Positions 14,280 to 28,179 of a stretch of DNA of 64,000 nt are shown here, in pieces (positions within the stretch are counted from its first letter, which is position 1; every line of letters begins with the position of its first letter). A model generated the notes under the pieces. It did not search any database. It saw nothing but the letters and a program-made list of their open reading frames with translations, and was not told where the DNA came from. Source of the stretch: Raillietiella orientalis (taxonomy: Eukaryota); NCBI GenBank assembly GCA_036172245.1, contig JAYWIR010000009.1, positions 1,612,001-1,676,000 on the forward strand. The letters run 5' to 3'. A program made the position numbers and the translations under genes.

Positions 14280-14710
14280 CGGTGCCGCTTCCGCGTCCGC
14301 TTGCAGGCCAGAGGGACGGAGAATATCCCTTGCGCCGATGATCTTCCGTGCCTCCCGGACGACCCGCTGCCGTCCCAGAATAACTGCGCGTCCAGCACGC
14401 CCGCGTCGAGGAACAGTGCAGGACTCCCTACGGCGGAGTGCCGAGCTGCCCGGGTGCCGACCAGCGGATGCTTGGACGGCGTATGTGCTGGCCGCCATCT
14501 TCCCGACCCGAATCCGGGAGACGGCCCTCCAGGACGCCTGCCACCTCGCCGTGGGAGGATTGGCGACAGCGGTCCAGGGCGCATCCTCCATGCAGGAATC
14601 CGTGCCAGCTGGAACGTCAATTCGTGGCTCAGAATCAAAAGGACGCCGAGGTCACGTTCCAGTTGGACCCGCCGCTCACGACAACCACCGGAGGCACATC
14701 TAGGCCAAGT
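14280..14710 (+). mobile_element. Possible decayed L1/Tx1 ORF1 zinc knuckle plus ORF2 endonuclease start
   Basis: YGGVP.C..C...G.L...C-like motif across frameshifts, followed by ASWNVNS...KR...EAHL. Confidence 0.35.
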
Positions 14711-17700
14711 CACTTAGGAGGAGAGGGAGGTTCCCCGGAGGTTCGCCAGGAGTTGCAGCGCAGGAATCTTCGGGAGGAGGTTCGGCAATTCGCCAGTCGC
14801 AGGGAAGAGAGGAGAGGGAAACGTTTCCGCGCAACCGCGGGAAAGGAATCTTCGCAGCCGCCTCCCGCGCTTGCGAACCGGGCCCGAGTCCACGGAAACC
14901 GCGGCAGGGGGGGAGGGGGCAGGATTGTATGGAAATCTGTGTCGAAACTGCCCTCGCCTCGGACCCTCGAGGGAGGAACACGAAAAAAAAAGGGTCGCTC
15001 TTTCTTCCCGAAAAACGGACGGAGCCGCTGCGTGGGCTGCGGGTTTTCTACCGCGCCGCTGCCGCGGCAACCCTCTCCACGCGTTGCGCAGCCAGGAGTT
15101 TCCCTTTCTCTTTCCCGGATAGAGAGAAAGAAGGGGGAGAGGGGGAATGACCACCTCGCGCGCATGCTCGAAATTTCCAGCCGCTGCCGGCGCGGCCTGC
15201 ATTCCGCTGCGAGAGCGCGGATCCCTCGCCAGTCTAGCGGTCTCCCAGAGACGCATCCACCCCCCTCGTCGCGTGCCCTCTCCGGTGACCCCGGTCCTGT
15301 TCGCCGACCGAGGTGGGGGACGCGGACCGGCCACCCGGCCGTCGGCTAAGCAGGCCGAGGGGGAAAAAAAACAGGAAGCCAGCGGCAGCCGTCGCCGGAT
15401 GGCGCTGGATGGGCGGTGAGTGGCGGCATCCGCTTGCGCCGCCGCCCGGAGGCATCTACCGCTCGCGCGCACGCCAAGCCCGGTCTCCTGCGGTCCACGC
15501 CACGGGCGCCGCCCTCTCAACCCGGACAGCCATTGCGCCAGGAACCCGGAAGGGGCGCTTCGTGCGGTCCATGGAACTCTCGGGAGCCGTCGCCTGTCCG
15601 AAACACATCCCCTCCCCGGTCACTGCGCGGCGATCCCGGGGTCGTTGGGCACGCCGGACAATCCCCACCCCGCGCGTTCCGCGCAGCCCCGCCGCTCGCT
15701 TCACGCTGAGGCGGTTCGCGCAGGCGCGGAAGCGGTGTGCCGGCGGTGTGGGGAAGACTCGCGATCCAGGAAGAGAATCGCCCGCGCATTCACGGGAGGT
15801 GGGGCACCGCGCCCGCAGGAGAGGTCAAGAAAAACGCCGGAAGGAAAGAATGGGGATCGCACCACGCTGGAGGCCTCTCGCAGACAAGTCCGGGATGCCC
15901 GTCGCAGCTTCCGAGGCCGCGTGGCGGTCGGGAGCTCGCAAGCGGTCCTGGAGGAAGCGGAGGGGAGGGGGAAGGGGTGGACGTTCGGGAAGGATCGGCC
16001 ACCGTTCGCGTCGGAGCGCACCCCACTGCTATGAGCCGTGCGCAGTCGCGCCGTACGGTACGAATCGTCGCACGGGCGGGATCGGACGTCTGGCAGTTCG
16101 GGGATGGCCCGCTCCTCGGGTCTAGGGAAGAGGGCGGAGGTAGGGGCTGAGGAGGGAAAACCCGCGAGGAAAGGAGAGCGCCTATTCGCGGAACCGGTCC
16201 GGGACTCGGCACTTCCCGAAGAAGAGGGACAAGGCCGCGAAGATGGGAACTTTCTCTATCTCCGGGAGCCCGGGAACTACTGGCAGCGAACCCTGCGGCG
16301 GCAGCAGAGCGCTCTCGGCGGCTGATAAGGGGGAGGAGGGAGCGGAGGTAATGCGGCGCGAACTGACGCAGAATCGGGACTTTCAGGGGGAGGAGACCCC
16401 GGCAGGCTGCTCCGGCAGGAAGGACAGTCCTCCCTGCCTCCCATCACCGCCCACGAGCAATGGCGATCCAGCTGGATTTGCCGGCCCCATTCCATTAGGC
16501 GCCAGCGATCCCGTCCCGTCGCTGATCTTCCTGCCCTGTTCCCGGGAGTCCGGAAAGGAAAGACCCCGCAGGGGAAGCGCGCCTTCGCCCCGGGACCCAT
16601 CCTCCCTCGAACGTTCCTTCCCCCCGGGATCTTAGCAAACGGACCCCTGGATAGAAGGTGCGCACTTTTGCCCGCGAGGTCTTCCCGGCTCCCAAGAAAA
16701 GAACGGGAAGATCAGCGACAGGAAGATCGGGGCCGTTAGCACCCGGTGCTTGGGTGACCCGCGGATGGGCTCCCCCGCAAACGGACGTGAGAAGTTGCCG
16801 CCCCTGTGGGGGCCGCGTATCAGGGAATCCTGGGGGTAGCGACCCACGGGGCCATTCCTGCGCGGTTCCACAGGATAAGGGAAGGGGGGTGGGCTCACTT
16901 CCGCGATGTGAGGGCGCTCGGGAGGCGCGGAAGCCGGCCCGACAGTAGAAGGGGAACCTCGAACCTGAGTGAGATTCGCAAGAGGGGTGCAGTGTCGTCC
17001 CTCGCATGTAAAGATGGCAGCCGCGGGCTAGGGCTTACCCTCACCACTCTCCCTTCTCTAGGACCGAGCCCGAGAGAACCACGGGTTCTCTCCGGTCCCC
17101 TCTCCAGGGCCGTCAGGAGGTGGGGCAGGAAGGGACGCCCGCATCGGGGTCCGCTTTCCTCCAGGGAATCGGTAAGCAGCCGAGGTCGGGAAGCCGTAAC
17201 CTTTTCCCAGCCGAGTCGCCCGGGGTTCCGCGCCGCCTCCGGAATGCACCGGATGTCGGGATCAGCGCACGGGCCAGCCGGAGCGCCATTCGCCCGCGAC
17301 CAGGAGAGGCGGCCACGCCCCTCCCGCTGCTGGCGAGCAGCTATGCGAGGGGGGGGGGGGAAGGACAGGGCGGGTGGGGAGATGGAAAGGAGAGAGACCG
17401 CCTGCCTTTGTGGTCAGCCGAGTCTCTCATCCGGGATGAGGCGGGAGCAGGAACCGACTCGGGCGAATGGCCCACCCTCCTTTGTCCTTCCAGAGGGTGC
17501 AGGAGGAAGGGGGGGGGGGGGAGGAGCCGCAACGGGACGAACCGAAGCGGGAAGAGAATGAGCTCCAGCAGTCCGATGAATCCTCCGCACCGCCGGGCAG
17601 GGAGAGATCCCGGTTGAGCACAGAAGGGAGGAAGAGGGGATAGTTTCTCTCTCTCCCGGAACTGAGGTTGGAGAAGCGCAGTCGGTTCCTCAAGGTCGTC

Positions 17701-18954
17701 TGGTCGAGGGGGAGGGATCTCCGCGGAGTCTCCCTCATTCAAAGAGCCCTTTGGACTCGACCGCACGGTCGACCACACGGTCGGCGGAGGCGCCGAGGAC
17801 TCAGGGATGACGCATGCTGAGACGAAGACCTGACATTTACAAGAATCCTGGAGGCAGCTTGAATCAGGATGGGGGCTGGGAGGGGAAAGTGGCTCGGTGC
17901 GCGGGAAGGGTCGCGCGCAGGTCAATTCCCTCCAAGAGTGCCTTGGCCGTCGTCGGAACAGGCTCGCAGATTACTCCATTCCCCCCCCCCCCTTCTCCTC
18001 AAGAGCTTCACCTTCTTCACTACGTGACCCACCGCAGAGCTAAGATGCGGAAGAGACTCGCTGCCGTTGGCAGGACCCAAAGCGGACTCTTTTCGAACCA
18101 GCTGACCACGCAGGGTCACGTCACGTCACGTCCTTCTCTCGAATGGCGCTGCCTTCTCCGAGAAACGGCAGCTCCCTGACTGCACCGAAAAGGAGCCAAG
18201 AAGCGATCCCGGACGGTCCCCGGAAGGGGGTCACGAGCCATCTCCGCGAGACGTCTTGTCAGTGGCAGCGAAGGGAGCAGCAGCAAAGGACAAAGCCCGG
18301 GCCCCCAGGCGCCGTGGTGGCTGCTCCCTCCGTTTTGCAAATCTCATGGGCCTGAAGGCGGCTATGGGAGCATCCGTTCGAATGGCACCGCCGCCCGCCG
18401 CCTTCGCAGACGCTCGCTCTTGCAGGCGGACGGCGACTGTTGCCGCGCAACGCGACGCCTCAGAAAAAAAGCCAACTTTTGCGCGTCTTTGTTGACTCTG
18501 GGCGTTTCCCTCGCACCGGGACACCGCCCGGCGGCTCCCCACTTGAGCCATGCTCTCCCTCTTCCCTTTGAATCTTCCCGGCTCGACGTTTCGGCGCTCG
18601 GACGCTGCAACTCTGCATCCGGGTGGCTTGAGCACGGCGTTTCCCCTCTCCTCCGGAGCCATCTGAGACCCCGCGATATTCCTCGTCTCGGAGACTGCGA
18701 TCCGGTTCAGCTGCTCTTCCGGGTTCCTTCCTTCTCGCTTTTCTTGGATCGAGGTCGCCAGACGAGCGAAACGGGGCTGCCTCCGCTCGACTTTTCGCGC
18801 ATGGAACTTTCGAGGTCCTGAAGAGCTTCTTGCTGAAGAAACTGGGCGGGGGGAGGGGGTGGAGGACTCGGTCGGAATCCCTCCGACCTCTCTTCCCGCT
18901 GAAGGTTTCAGTGATGATGAACAGAGATCGTCTGCATCCTCTCAAATGCCAGCC

Positions 18955-19990
18955 GTGTCGGCATTTGAGCGGTGGCACAGAATTTCGCGGAAGATCGGCG
19001 CCCAGAAAATGCGGGGGTTCGCCGTGGGTCCTCCTTCCGCCGCCACCTGGCAAGATGACCCTAGCCGGACCATGGACTTCGGGTGCGGCGGCACTGGTAA
19101 GAAACCAAATGTTCCCACCGACGTGGCTGGGACCGGAAGTCCACCCTCCGGGGTGCTTCCAGGACATCAAGGAGCCGCTTCCTTCCGAGGTTCCTCCCTG
19201 TTGTGAAAATAAAGCCACTCCATGGAGCTGGTCGATGACCTCCTCGGGGGAGGGGGGGGGTCGCCTCTGCAGAGTGTCAGAAGCACGCTGCTCCCTTCGG
19301 GGGGCGCCCCTCAGAGGAAATCGGAAGCGTCCCTTGCGGGGTTCTCATCAAAGGGGTAAACAAGGAGCGGATCCTTTCTGGGGGGTCCTTCCGGAGGGAG
19401 CAAGGAAGAGGAGGTTCCCTTCGGAGCTGGAGAACAAGAAACCTGGAGAACCTTTTTCTCCTCTTGGGCCCGGCTCACTTCTTGGGCCAGGTGGCCCAGA
19501 CATTCCAGGCACACCTGGCTGCATTTGCTATATTTTCTAAATTTTCAACTTTTTGCTTTTAAGTCTTCAAATTCTTTAAGTATCACATCAAATTGTGAAA
19601 AAAGTCATACAGATTTTCTAAATTATAATAATAGGGGTATAAACCCAAATTACGATCAGAGTTATATCCCACAAATTCAGGTTCCATAAAAGTTCGTACA
19701 TTCGCTATTTTCCTCTGATATACAGCCAACGTCATTATCGCCTAACTTTTTTGTTGTGCAATGGCTGTTTTTAAAGCTCCCACCAACAGGAAATAAATGA
19801 AAGGTAACGCTTATTTTGTGAAAGTGAGGAACGATATTATTCAATATGCCAACTTTATTACCGGTTCCCTCTCGGGAAGAAAGGACTCCTTCCTCCGGAG
19901 CCTTCCTGGATTCATAGGGCGGTCGCTCCGGGGCTACTCCCTACAACTGGAAGAGTACACCATCCGAGAGTGGCGTGGACGGTGTTTCGA
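18955..19990 (+). mobile_element. SINE-like family copy interrupted by an AT-rich insertion
   Basis: Body (gcaagatgac...ggaagtccaccctccgg...ccatggagctgg) runs to ~19460 and resumes at ~19861 with ggttccc...ccttcctggattcatag. Confidence 0.75.
19465..19860. other. AT-rich insertion within the SINE copy
   Basis: Abrupt compositional shift. SINE sequence continues on both sides. Short inverted repeat gccaggtg/cacctggc at 19486-19519. Confidence 0.55.
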
Positions 19991-22900
19991 GACCTCCCCC
20001 CCCCCCCATGTGAAACTTCTCCGATCCCCCCCTCCTCCGAGGAGAGACGGACGGTTAGTCAGGACTTCTCCGGGATCAAACGTGAGCGAGCCGTTTTACT
20101 CATCAGCAGAACAGGCGAGCAACCCCTTCTCACCCCCCGCGGTCCCCGGTCCACGGCTTCCCCTCCCAGCCGCGCAGAAAACCGGATGAAAAACCCGGTT
20201 CCCGCATTTGCGTACTGCTGGTGGCGCCATCGACACGGGTCGGTCGCCGGCAGCGCCTGGCGCGCTCGACCAGGCGGGCGGACTCTGGCGGACGGGCGCG
20301 CGCGTCCCCCGCCGGATTCGCGCCCGCCGTTGCGGGCCGCACTCTCCCGTGGCCACCTGTCCCGGGTCTTCGCGGCCGCCCGCGCGGACGACGCGCGCGC
20401 AGGAAGACGCAGCGGCTGCGAGCCTAGCCGAAGGGCAGGGACACTCCGAGGGTGAGGGCCGCCGGAGGTTCTTGGGAGATGCCTCCGCGCCGCCGGGCGT
20501 GTGGGCGTGGCAGGCGGCTCCTAGCGAAGCGCGCCGCCTCTCTCCTGTTCCACTGGACCGCGAAGGAAACGCGCGGTAGTGCCGCGCCCTGCCCGGTCCG
20601 AGGTCCCGCACCGAGGCAGAGCGCGCCGACCTCGGATGTGCTGCCATGTCATCCCTTCCTCATCCCCTCGCTGCTGTCTCGCACGTGCGCGCGTATCCCC
20701 GCGGCTGCGCACACGCACGCACCTGATCCTCCAGCGGGAAGGGTGCGTGAGGAAAGGCTTCCCATCTGGGCGTGGGTGCCGAAGGGCAGACGGGACTGAG
20801 CGGCAGGCGCAAAGTGGGCAAGGCCGGCGCGTCAGGGGGGACGGACCTTCGTCGGGCCTTTGGTGGCTGGACGTGCTTCGCGCACAGGTGGGGCAGGAGG
20901 TCGAGAATTCCGGTCGGGTCGTTGCCAAGGAGACGAGTCTCACGTTCCCTCGAAACTCGGCTCGGAAGAACGAGTCCTCTTCGAGCGAGCGCTTCCGCGG
21001 TTCCCCGCGCAGCTGCCGCGCGAAGCAGCAGGACGGGTCGTGGCGCGCGCAGGCTTCGCTCCGTCCCCCGTCCACCCCGCCTCCCTCCTGCTGCCCGCAC
21101 TCACCTGAGATGCCCCCGTCGGACAAGTCGCCGCCGAAGGACGGGAAACCGGGCTGTCCTCAGGGAAGCCACGCGTTCGCATCTGCCAATAGATCCCGAA
21201 GGCGACGCAACGGGCAGGAAGGCTTTCGCGATTCCGCACCTCGGCGCGCTTTTGATCTCCGAGCGGGGAAGACGAGCCAACGGCTCGGTGAGCTGAATGG
21301 GCTGTCCCCCGTCCGCGCACTGCGAGCGACCCGATCAGCGGCGAGGTCACCATCTCAAAGCACCGAGAACTCGCGCGATGCGCGAGATGGAAATCTCATC
21401 GAGCGACCAGCAACATCTGAGTCCACTGTAGGTGGACCGGGAAAGGTTGGCCTCCGCGCTCCCTATGGAAGCAAACCAATCGCTCTGGAAGGATTGCTGC
21501 GTGGGAGGGAGAAAAAGCGACCTCTCGTGCTGATGCCCGGAGACTGCAAGCGCACGAGCAGTCCTCCCCGCCGCCAGAGGAAGCCATGCGGAGGGATCCA
21601 GGATTCCACGCAAAAAAGATGGGTCCTTCTCGAGTCCGGGGAACGGGAATGCAGCTTCGCGATTTCGCCAAGGATTTCCTGTGCCATTTCGAAGGAAAAA
21701 AAAGACAGGGAGAAGGAAAGGGGAAAATGGGGGAACGAAGGGGGGAGGGGACTGACTAAGAAAAATTTCGCGTGTCGAGCGCGTGTTCCGGGATGCACCT
21801 TCCCGCTCCCATAGACCTGAAATTCGGGCGGAGAAGCAACTCATGGAGGAAACGGAATTCCGCTCGAGCACGAGAGAGACCGCGAAATCACTCGCGAAGA
21901 TCGGATCATTAATGAGCGGAGCGGCCGCTGCTGCAGCATGCAAATGAGAAGTCCCGGGAACTCGCCTTCGCACCCGCCCATTTGCATTGGCGATTTCGAT
22001 CTGGGGACGTGAATCATCCCAAGGATAGCTCGAACGGGTCGGCGAAAGTTTGCAGGAGCGGTGACGCAGGAAAAAAGACGGGGGCCCGCGGCGACGGGGG
22101 GATCTTGATGGTTCGCGCAGGAGCCGGGAACTCTTCCCCAGCCGGGCGGGAGATCACCCGGTTTCCCTCCCAGAAGAGAGAGGGAAAACCAACATTCGTG
22201 TCATTCATCCGACGTTGGTCTTCAACCGTTCCTCGAGGCTCGCGTCAGCTTGCCAAAAGTGGTCGTGTCCTCCGGGAGGGAAGGGGATTTCATCGGAAAA
22301 CGCCGTCACGGCAATTGCATAATAGTGCGGATGGATGCCGTGCGAGGACAGGGTTCACAGGCCAAGCAATTTCCCACTTCGCCCGGAAGACAAGAACTAC
22401 GTGCGCTAATAAGGGAATTAGATGGCACACTCCTTGAGAGACGGTGCAAAGAGGAGGCGAGACAGGAGGAGGGGAACCGGTTGCTTCGAAGGGAGCCTTC
22501 GAGGGCGGATCTTCACCGCACGGTTTCCCCCAACGATCCTCGGCATTTCTGCGACGGATCATCTCGATGCAGCTGCTGGAAATGCCCTTCGATTTTCCGC
22601 GATGGGCCTGATCACCCATCGGTGTTTGTTGTTGTTCCCGGTTAGCCCACAGTGCAGCTGCGGAGAAAGGTGCCGTCTCACTAGCGGGAAGAGGGGGGAG
22701 GGAGTGCAGGCGCTGCACACCGAGGTGGGCTCGACGGCCGCGGTTTAAAATCAGCGGCGACACGTCGCCTGGCAACGCGGAAAGAGTCCAAAACGATCCG
22801 AACCTCGTGGGAACCGAGGATCATCCGCCGTCTCGGGGATGGCATGCGCGCGTCTCCACGTGCGGACGGAAAGTCGCTGCTGGGCGGAACGCGGAAAGAA

Positions 22901-23642
22901 GCAAAAGGTGCGCGCGCGGGTGTGTGCAGAGCAGAGGAACTCCGTGCTCCCACCCTCCTGATGGTCAGCAGGAAACAGCGGCTCGTCTTATCCCTCGCGA
23001 ATGCTAACTTCCCGCCGTGAGAACCTTCGCTGCTACTTCCAGCCGAGTCCTCTCCAAGAAGCGCCGTATGCGTCTCCAAACTCTGCTATTACGAAGCAGA
23101 TGCGACAGAGGAATGCTCAAGAACAACGCAAGCAGAGGGAAGGGGGGGGAGGGAGGGGAACCCACACACGCGCCAAAAAAAAAAAGAAAGAAAGAAAGAA
23201 AACTCTTTGCCGCGGAAAATCCCCCATTATGGAAACATCAGATGGAAATTCCCTTGTTCCCAAACATGAATTTCTCCGCTGGGCCTTCGCGCTCGCAGCA
23301 GAATGCGGAGAGGCGATCACGAAATCATTTTGTCCAAACAATGAGTTCCCGGTTCCATTTGTCGGCGCCGCGCAAACAGGGGGAGCCTCCTTTGAAGGCG
23401 CGTCTACGTCGTGGGTGCCCGGCGATGCCACACCGGCCGGAGATGAGCAGCCTGGGCCGCGCCTCGCGCGCTTCCCGCTCGCTAATGAATGACGCCGCAT
23501 AGCAGGAAGAGGAACCGCCCTTCCCCGAAGAGAACCACCCCAACCACCCCTCCAGCTGCGCTTTCACTCCTCCGGGTCCGAAAGAAAACGACGTCGTGGT
23601 AAACGGCGGGTGTCTTCCGGGAGAACCGGAAGAGAAGAGGTC

Positions 23643-23687
23643 CTGCAAGATGCAGGAAAGATGCAGGATGCAGGGAGATGCAGGAAA
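23643..23687. repeat. Short tandem GATGCAGG-like repeat
   Basis: gatgcagg occurs four times with short spacers. Confidence 0.7.
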
Positions 23688-23959
23688 CCTTTCCGCCAGC
23701 TACTCCCCAGCGGCGCTTCCTGGAGAGGGACGTCAGTTCCTGGCGAGGAAGGGAATCTCGCAGCCACAGGGAGGAGCCACAAAAGTCAACGCGAAACCAG
23801 ACTGAGGTGCTCCGCTAAACCAAGGGAGGACGGCGAGTGGCGCACCGCCCTCTGTGCAGGTAATGCCTCGGGCAACGAGCTGGATGCATTCGGCTCGCAG
23901 GATCCCGAACGAGGACGCACTCCGAGTCCGGTAGCCAGAAGGCCACGCACCACGGGCTC

Positions 23960-24590
23960 GGAGGCCATGCGGCTGCTGAGGTCTCCACGCGCGGCACCGA
24001 GCGTGGCGGGTTCGAATTCCACCCAGGGAAAGATCGATGCCGAGAAATGGGGGGTGGGTCGCGAGTTTCGAGTCTCCCCCGCAGGATGACGCTGGTCGGT
24101 CCATGATCGCGTGCAGCGCCGGTAGCTATTCAAACCGGATACCCCCGATGAGTGAACAGGATTGGGAGTCGACCCTCCGGGCCCTTCCAGGAAACAGAAT
24201 CACGGAGTTCCCCTCCGGTTGTGCAAAGGAGCCGTCCCTCCCCTCTCGTGGATAGACCCTCCGTCTCGTACTATGAAGCTGGTGGATTTATGATGTCTCT
24301 CCAGAGTGCAGAGAAGCGGGTCGCTCCCTTTCTGAGAAAATTCGGAAGTGTCCCTTCGGGGTTCTCTTCAGAGGAGTAAACAGGGAGCGGCTCCCTTGTG
24401 GGTTCCCTCCGGAGAAGAAAAATAGAACGGGCGCTCCCGGGTTCCCTCCGAAGAGAATAAAGGAGGAGATTCCTTTCGGGGTTCCCTTCGGAGACAACCA
24501 GGGTAGAGGTTCCCTTCGAGTATCCCCTCCCTATGCGTGAGAGGAACGGACTCCTTTCTCCGGAGCACTTCCTGGATTCATAAGAGGGTC
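23960..24590 (+). mobile_element. SINE-like family copy with tRNA-like head
   Basis: B-box gggttcgaattcc at ~24008, then the conserved body, subrepeats and cttcctggattcata. Confidence 0.78.
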
Positions 24591-27500
24591 CCCAGTGCAG
24601 ATTCTATCCCATTGCTCTCTCTTCGTCGCCGGCGCAGCCCGCGCTTTGATCCAGGACGGAGGAGTCCCGGTGACGCTTCTCCCCTAGAAGCAGCGCTGCC
24701 TCGTTTCCTCTCGAGCTGCTGCGGAAGTGGCTGCAGTTGAAACCGTCCGTGAGTCCCGGACGCAGCGCCCCAGATGATCCCGGACGGCAGTTCTGCCGAC
24801 ACACAGTTTCGCTCGGGCTTGCGCATCCTCTCTTGGATCGCCCCAGCTGCCAAGAGATTCACTCCATCTCCTCCTCACCCGTACTTCGAGCCCGGAGCGC
24901 ATGGATTCCCTTGGGAGAAGAATGCTCGGAATTCGGGTGGATGATGAGAGGGGGAGGGGAGAGGAAGGTGGCGGATGAGGAGGAGGAGACGGAATGGCAG
25001 TGATGCCGAGGAACTGACGGACTGCGAGGCTTCCTGCACGACCCAGGAGAAGGGAGCAAACAGGATCCATCGGGACGCGGCCTTCCGGACGAGGAGTCGA
25101 AACGAGGAAGTGAATCAGGTCGCGGTGGGAGAAGAGTACGGAGCCCGACTTTCGATGCCCAGCAACCGCGGAAACGCTTTCCCGTGGAGCCCTTCCTCTT
25201 GCAGCTACTCGAAGGAGGCTGAGACCGATCATTCCAAGTCCAAAATGCCTTTCGGCCAAAGATCGAAAAAATAGAAGAAAAAAAAAAGTACGAGAAAAAT
25301 TCAGGGTGTCTTCGGGAGTTCCTACAAGATGAGGGGGAGGCAAGAAGAAAACAGCGTTCCGGAAAGAGATGGAACTAGAGACAAAGTTTCCCCAATCGTG
25401 GTGCGGCCGAGGGAGCCGCCGGCGCAGACAGCCACGGTTCGTGAGCTTTCTGGGACGACGGCGGAGTCGGATTTGGCTTCAGACAAACTCAGCACGCTGG
25501 GAGTCACCTCACGAAACCTCCCCTCTGGACGAGCGACGTCCCCTCTGGACGCGCGACGAACCGGCAGCGAGGAGGAGGGGAAGATGAGCAGAGCCTTGCC
25601 GGCAGCCAGGAGACGAATGCCTGCTCTCTTCTTCAGGCACCGACCCACTCGAGGGCACTTTCGGCCGTCGCAGCGGAAATCCCTCATTCGCATCCGATCG
25701 AAAATCTTGCCGAGAAAGCGACACACCCGCCTGGTCGCCTGCAGCACGCAGCTGCAGGGATGCCTCATCCCTAGTGCACGTGGAAGAAGGGCTCTGGCCA
25801 TTTCTGCCACTGGCTTGACCCTTTGCTTGTACATCTTCGGAAGCAGAAACGCTGGTTGCGTGGACCGGCTTGTGTCGTCGTGGAAACCGAGAAGGCACCT
25901 GTCAAGCCAGAAGGTCAAGCCAACGGAAGACAGGAGTCTATCTTCCACAGTCCTTCATTCTGCGCCCTTGGGAAGAGCGACAGGAAGTAGGTGACCAGCC
26001 TGGATGAATACGTTATGTTCATTCGAGTGCGAATAGAGATCCGTGCTTTTTTCTGAATCATTCCTGTTCTTCTTGCGAATGGGTGGGAACACCTGACGAT
26101 GACCGCCCCGCGGTCACCTAGCCACCGCATCTGGAGTGCTCCCTCCCATCCGGACAGCGCAGGGATGTCAGACTTTTGGTTTCCCGGCGAAGTGACTGAG
26201 GCGTACTCTCCGAACGCGCATCGGTTGCTTCCAACGAATCCGCAGCAGCCAGCAAGGACATCCACACTTGCGCAAGTCGTTTCATCCGCCATCCCACAGG
26301 GGAGGAAAGACAGTGGGAAGCTCACTTTTGAAGCGTGGTGGGAAAGGGGGAGGGAGGAAGGAACACCTGGAGCCCAAGCAGTGGGCCCTCGGTGCATGCA
26401 ATAAGGCGAAAATGATTTCATAGGGAGCGAGTGTCGAGAAGGCTTCTTAACGTGACGCCGCCTTCTCCATGGAAACCGCAGCAAACGGTCGGGATGCAGA
26501 GAGCGGAGCAGCTTCAGAATCGTGGATTCAAGTGATTACATTAGCGGGCGACTGGCAAACCAATAGATGTATTTTATGTATCCTTGGTGAGATGGCTGGA
26601 AGCCACGCGGCACGCATGTGCACCCGACCTGTCGGAAAGAAGGCAAAGCCGAAATTCCTTTCTTTCCCGAATGCCTCGTTTCGCGTCGACGGGAATCAAT
26701 GCGGAAGCTCGAGCTGCTCATTCGAGAAAGCCAGCAGCAGCAACGCGAGCGCAAGGTGGCGCTGCTTTCGAACCGATAAATATGATACAATAAATAAAAA
26801 CTCGTTCTCGTCTCGGATTCAGGAGAGATGAAGAGAATTCCCCTCCTCAGATTTAGTGGTGAAAATTCGACAACGGCGTCCGGAAGAAGAAAAAAAAATG
26901 GAGGCTCCCAAATTATGTCTTTGAATAACTGTCTACATAATTTGTTGAAGACGGCGATGCAGCTACTCCCAATTCGGAGTCCCCCCCCCCCTCTCCCTAA
27001 ATGAAGGCGTGGCACCCTGCTTTGCAGAGGCTACACTATTTTGAAACAGTGCAAACACTGAACGAGACACAACGCCGCGAGCGCGCCAGCCTCCGTTGAG
27101 CGGTAGTAAACGCGGGAGGAAGCTAAAGATGTAACGCATTTGGACCGAAAGAAACTCCCTTGAAAAAACAGGCGATGCCCTGTGATCGTCTCGTTGACGG
27201 CAGCACACGGTTGCCATCAGCTGCTGGCACCGGGAAGAGGGCAACCTCTGCTTCTGCAGAGTCCACATCCGGGGACGCAGGCTCCTATAGGGTCCCGCAA
27301 CCGGTTCGCGTAGCTGGAAACGCCAGAGACGCAGGAGGGATGCCACGACATCCAGAAGCAGCTTTCTCGACGAAGCCACGGCACCTCCTGCGGCCGACTC
27401 CAATGCGCGGGCAGGAATCCGGACGAAGCCTCCGGCTGGACCCACATCGCTGCATCTGGAGAGGTCCGCTGGGTGTGTCCCGACGACAACGAGCACCGGA

Positions 27501-28179
27501 AGACCAGAGGGAAGGACTTTTTCCCGCGCACAGCTGTGTTCCCGGGCCGAAGTCCGACTCTGCGGATCGGCCGCGAGAGGCGCCGCGTGCATGGGAAGCG
27601 ACTGGAGGCGTGGGAGGGCGAAAATTCCCCGGAAATACTTCGTCGATGAGGAAACGGGAAAGCACGCCGTTTCGCGGAGCCTCCGCTGCGCACGCTCTGT
27701 CCTGTCGGCGGGGACTCTCCGCCTCGCGTGGCCGCTTAGAGCGAGAAGCAGAGGTGCACTTTGGGGACGCACCCAGAAGGCGCGTTCGGTCCACTGGGTG
27801 CTGCTGCGTGAGTTTTCGCATGATCCGTAAGGACAGGGTCCTGGACCGACCTGGAATGCGAGCGACCCCAACGAAACAGGATGAACTCCAGCGAGTGTTT
27901 CGCCGGGAGGTCACGGTTCCTTGAGGAACTCGGCAGAAGAAGAATTCCAGCAAAACGGCGAGCAGCGGAGGACGCGAATCCCGTCCTTCTGGCCGAGGGG
28001 ATCGCGAGGAAGCGGCTGCGCGCGTCTTGCGGCTCGAAGATGGGATGCAGCAGCTGACGGAAGAGAGTGAGGATTCAGAAAGGAACGCACCGGTCGCGGA
28101 AGCAACTGCAGAAGACCCATGTTTTTCCTTTTAACAAACAAACAGTTGGTCCGCTTCCTGTAGCAGAATGAGACGTGTC

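Noticed and set aside
20579..21814. 411 aa plus-strand ORF
   Set aside because: Low-complexity GC-driven composition, overlapping ORFs in other frames and no recognisable motif.
24340..24560. Regularly spaced gggttccc repeats resembling a CRISPR array
   Set aside because: Units are degenerate with no unique spacers, there are no cas genes, the context is eukaryotic, and the array is internal to a dispersed SINE.
25600..25900. Cys-containing minus-strand ORF suggestive of a nuclear receptor zinc finger, or an extra exon
   Set aside because: Cys spacing does not fit C4 zinc fingers and no convincing splice pair was found.
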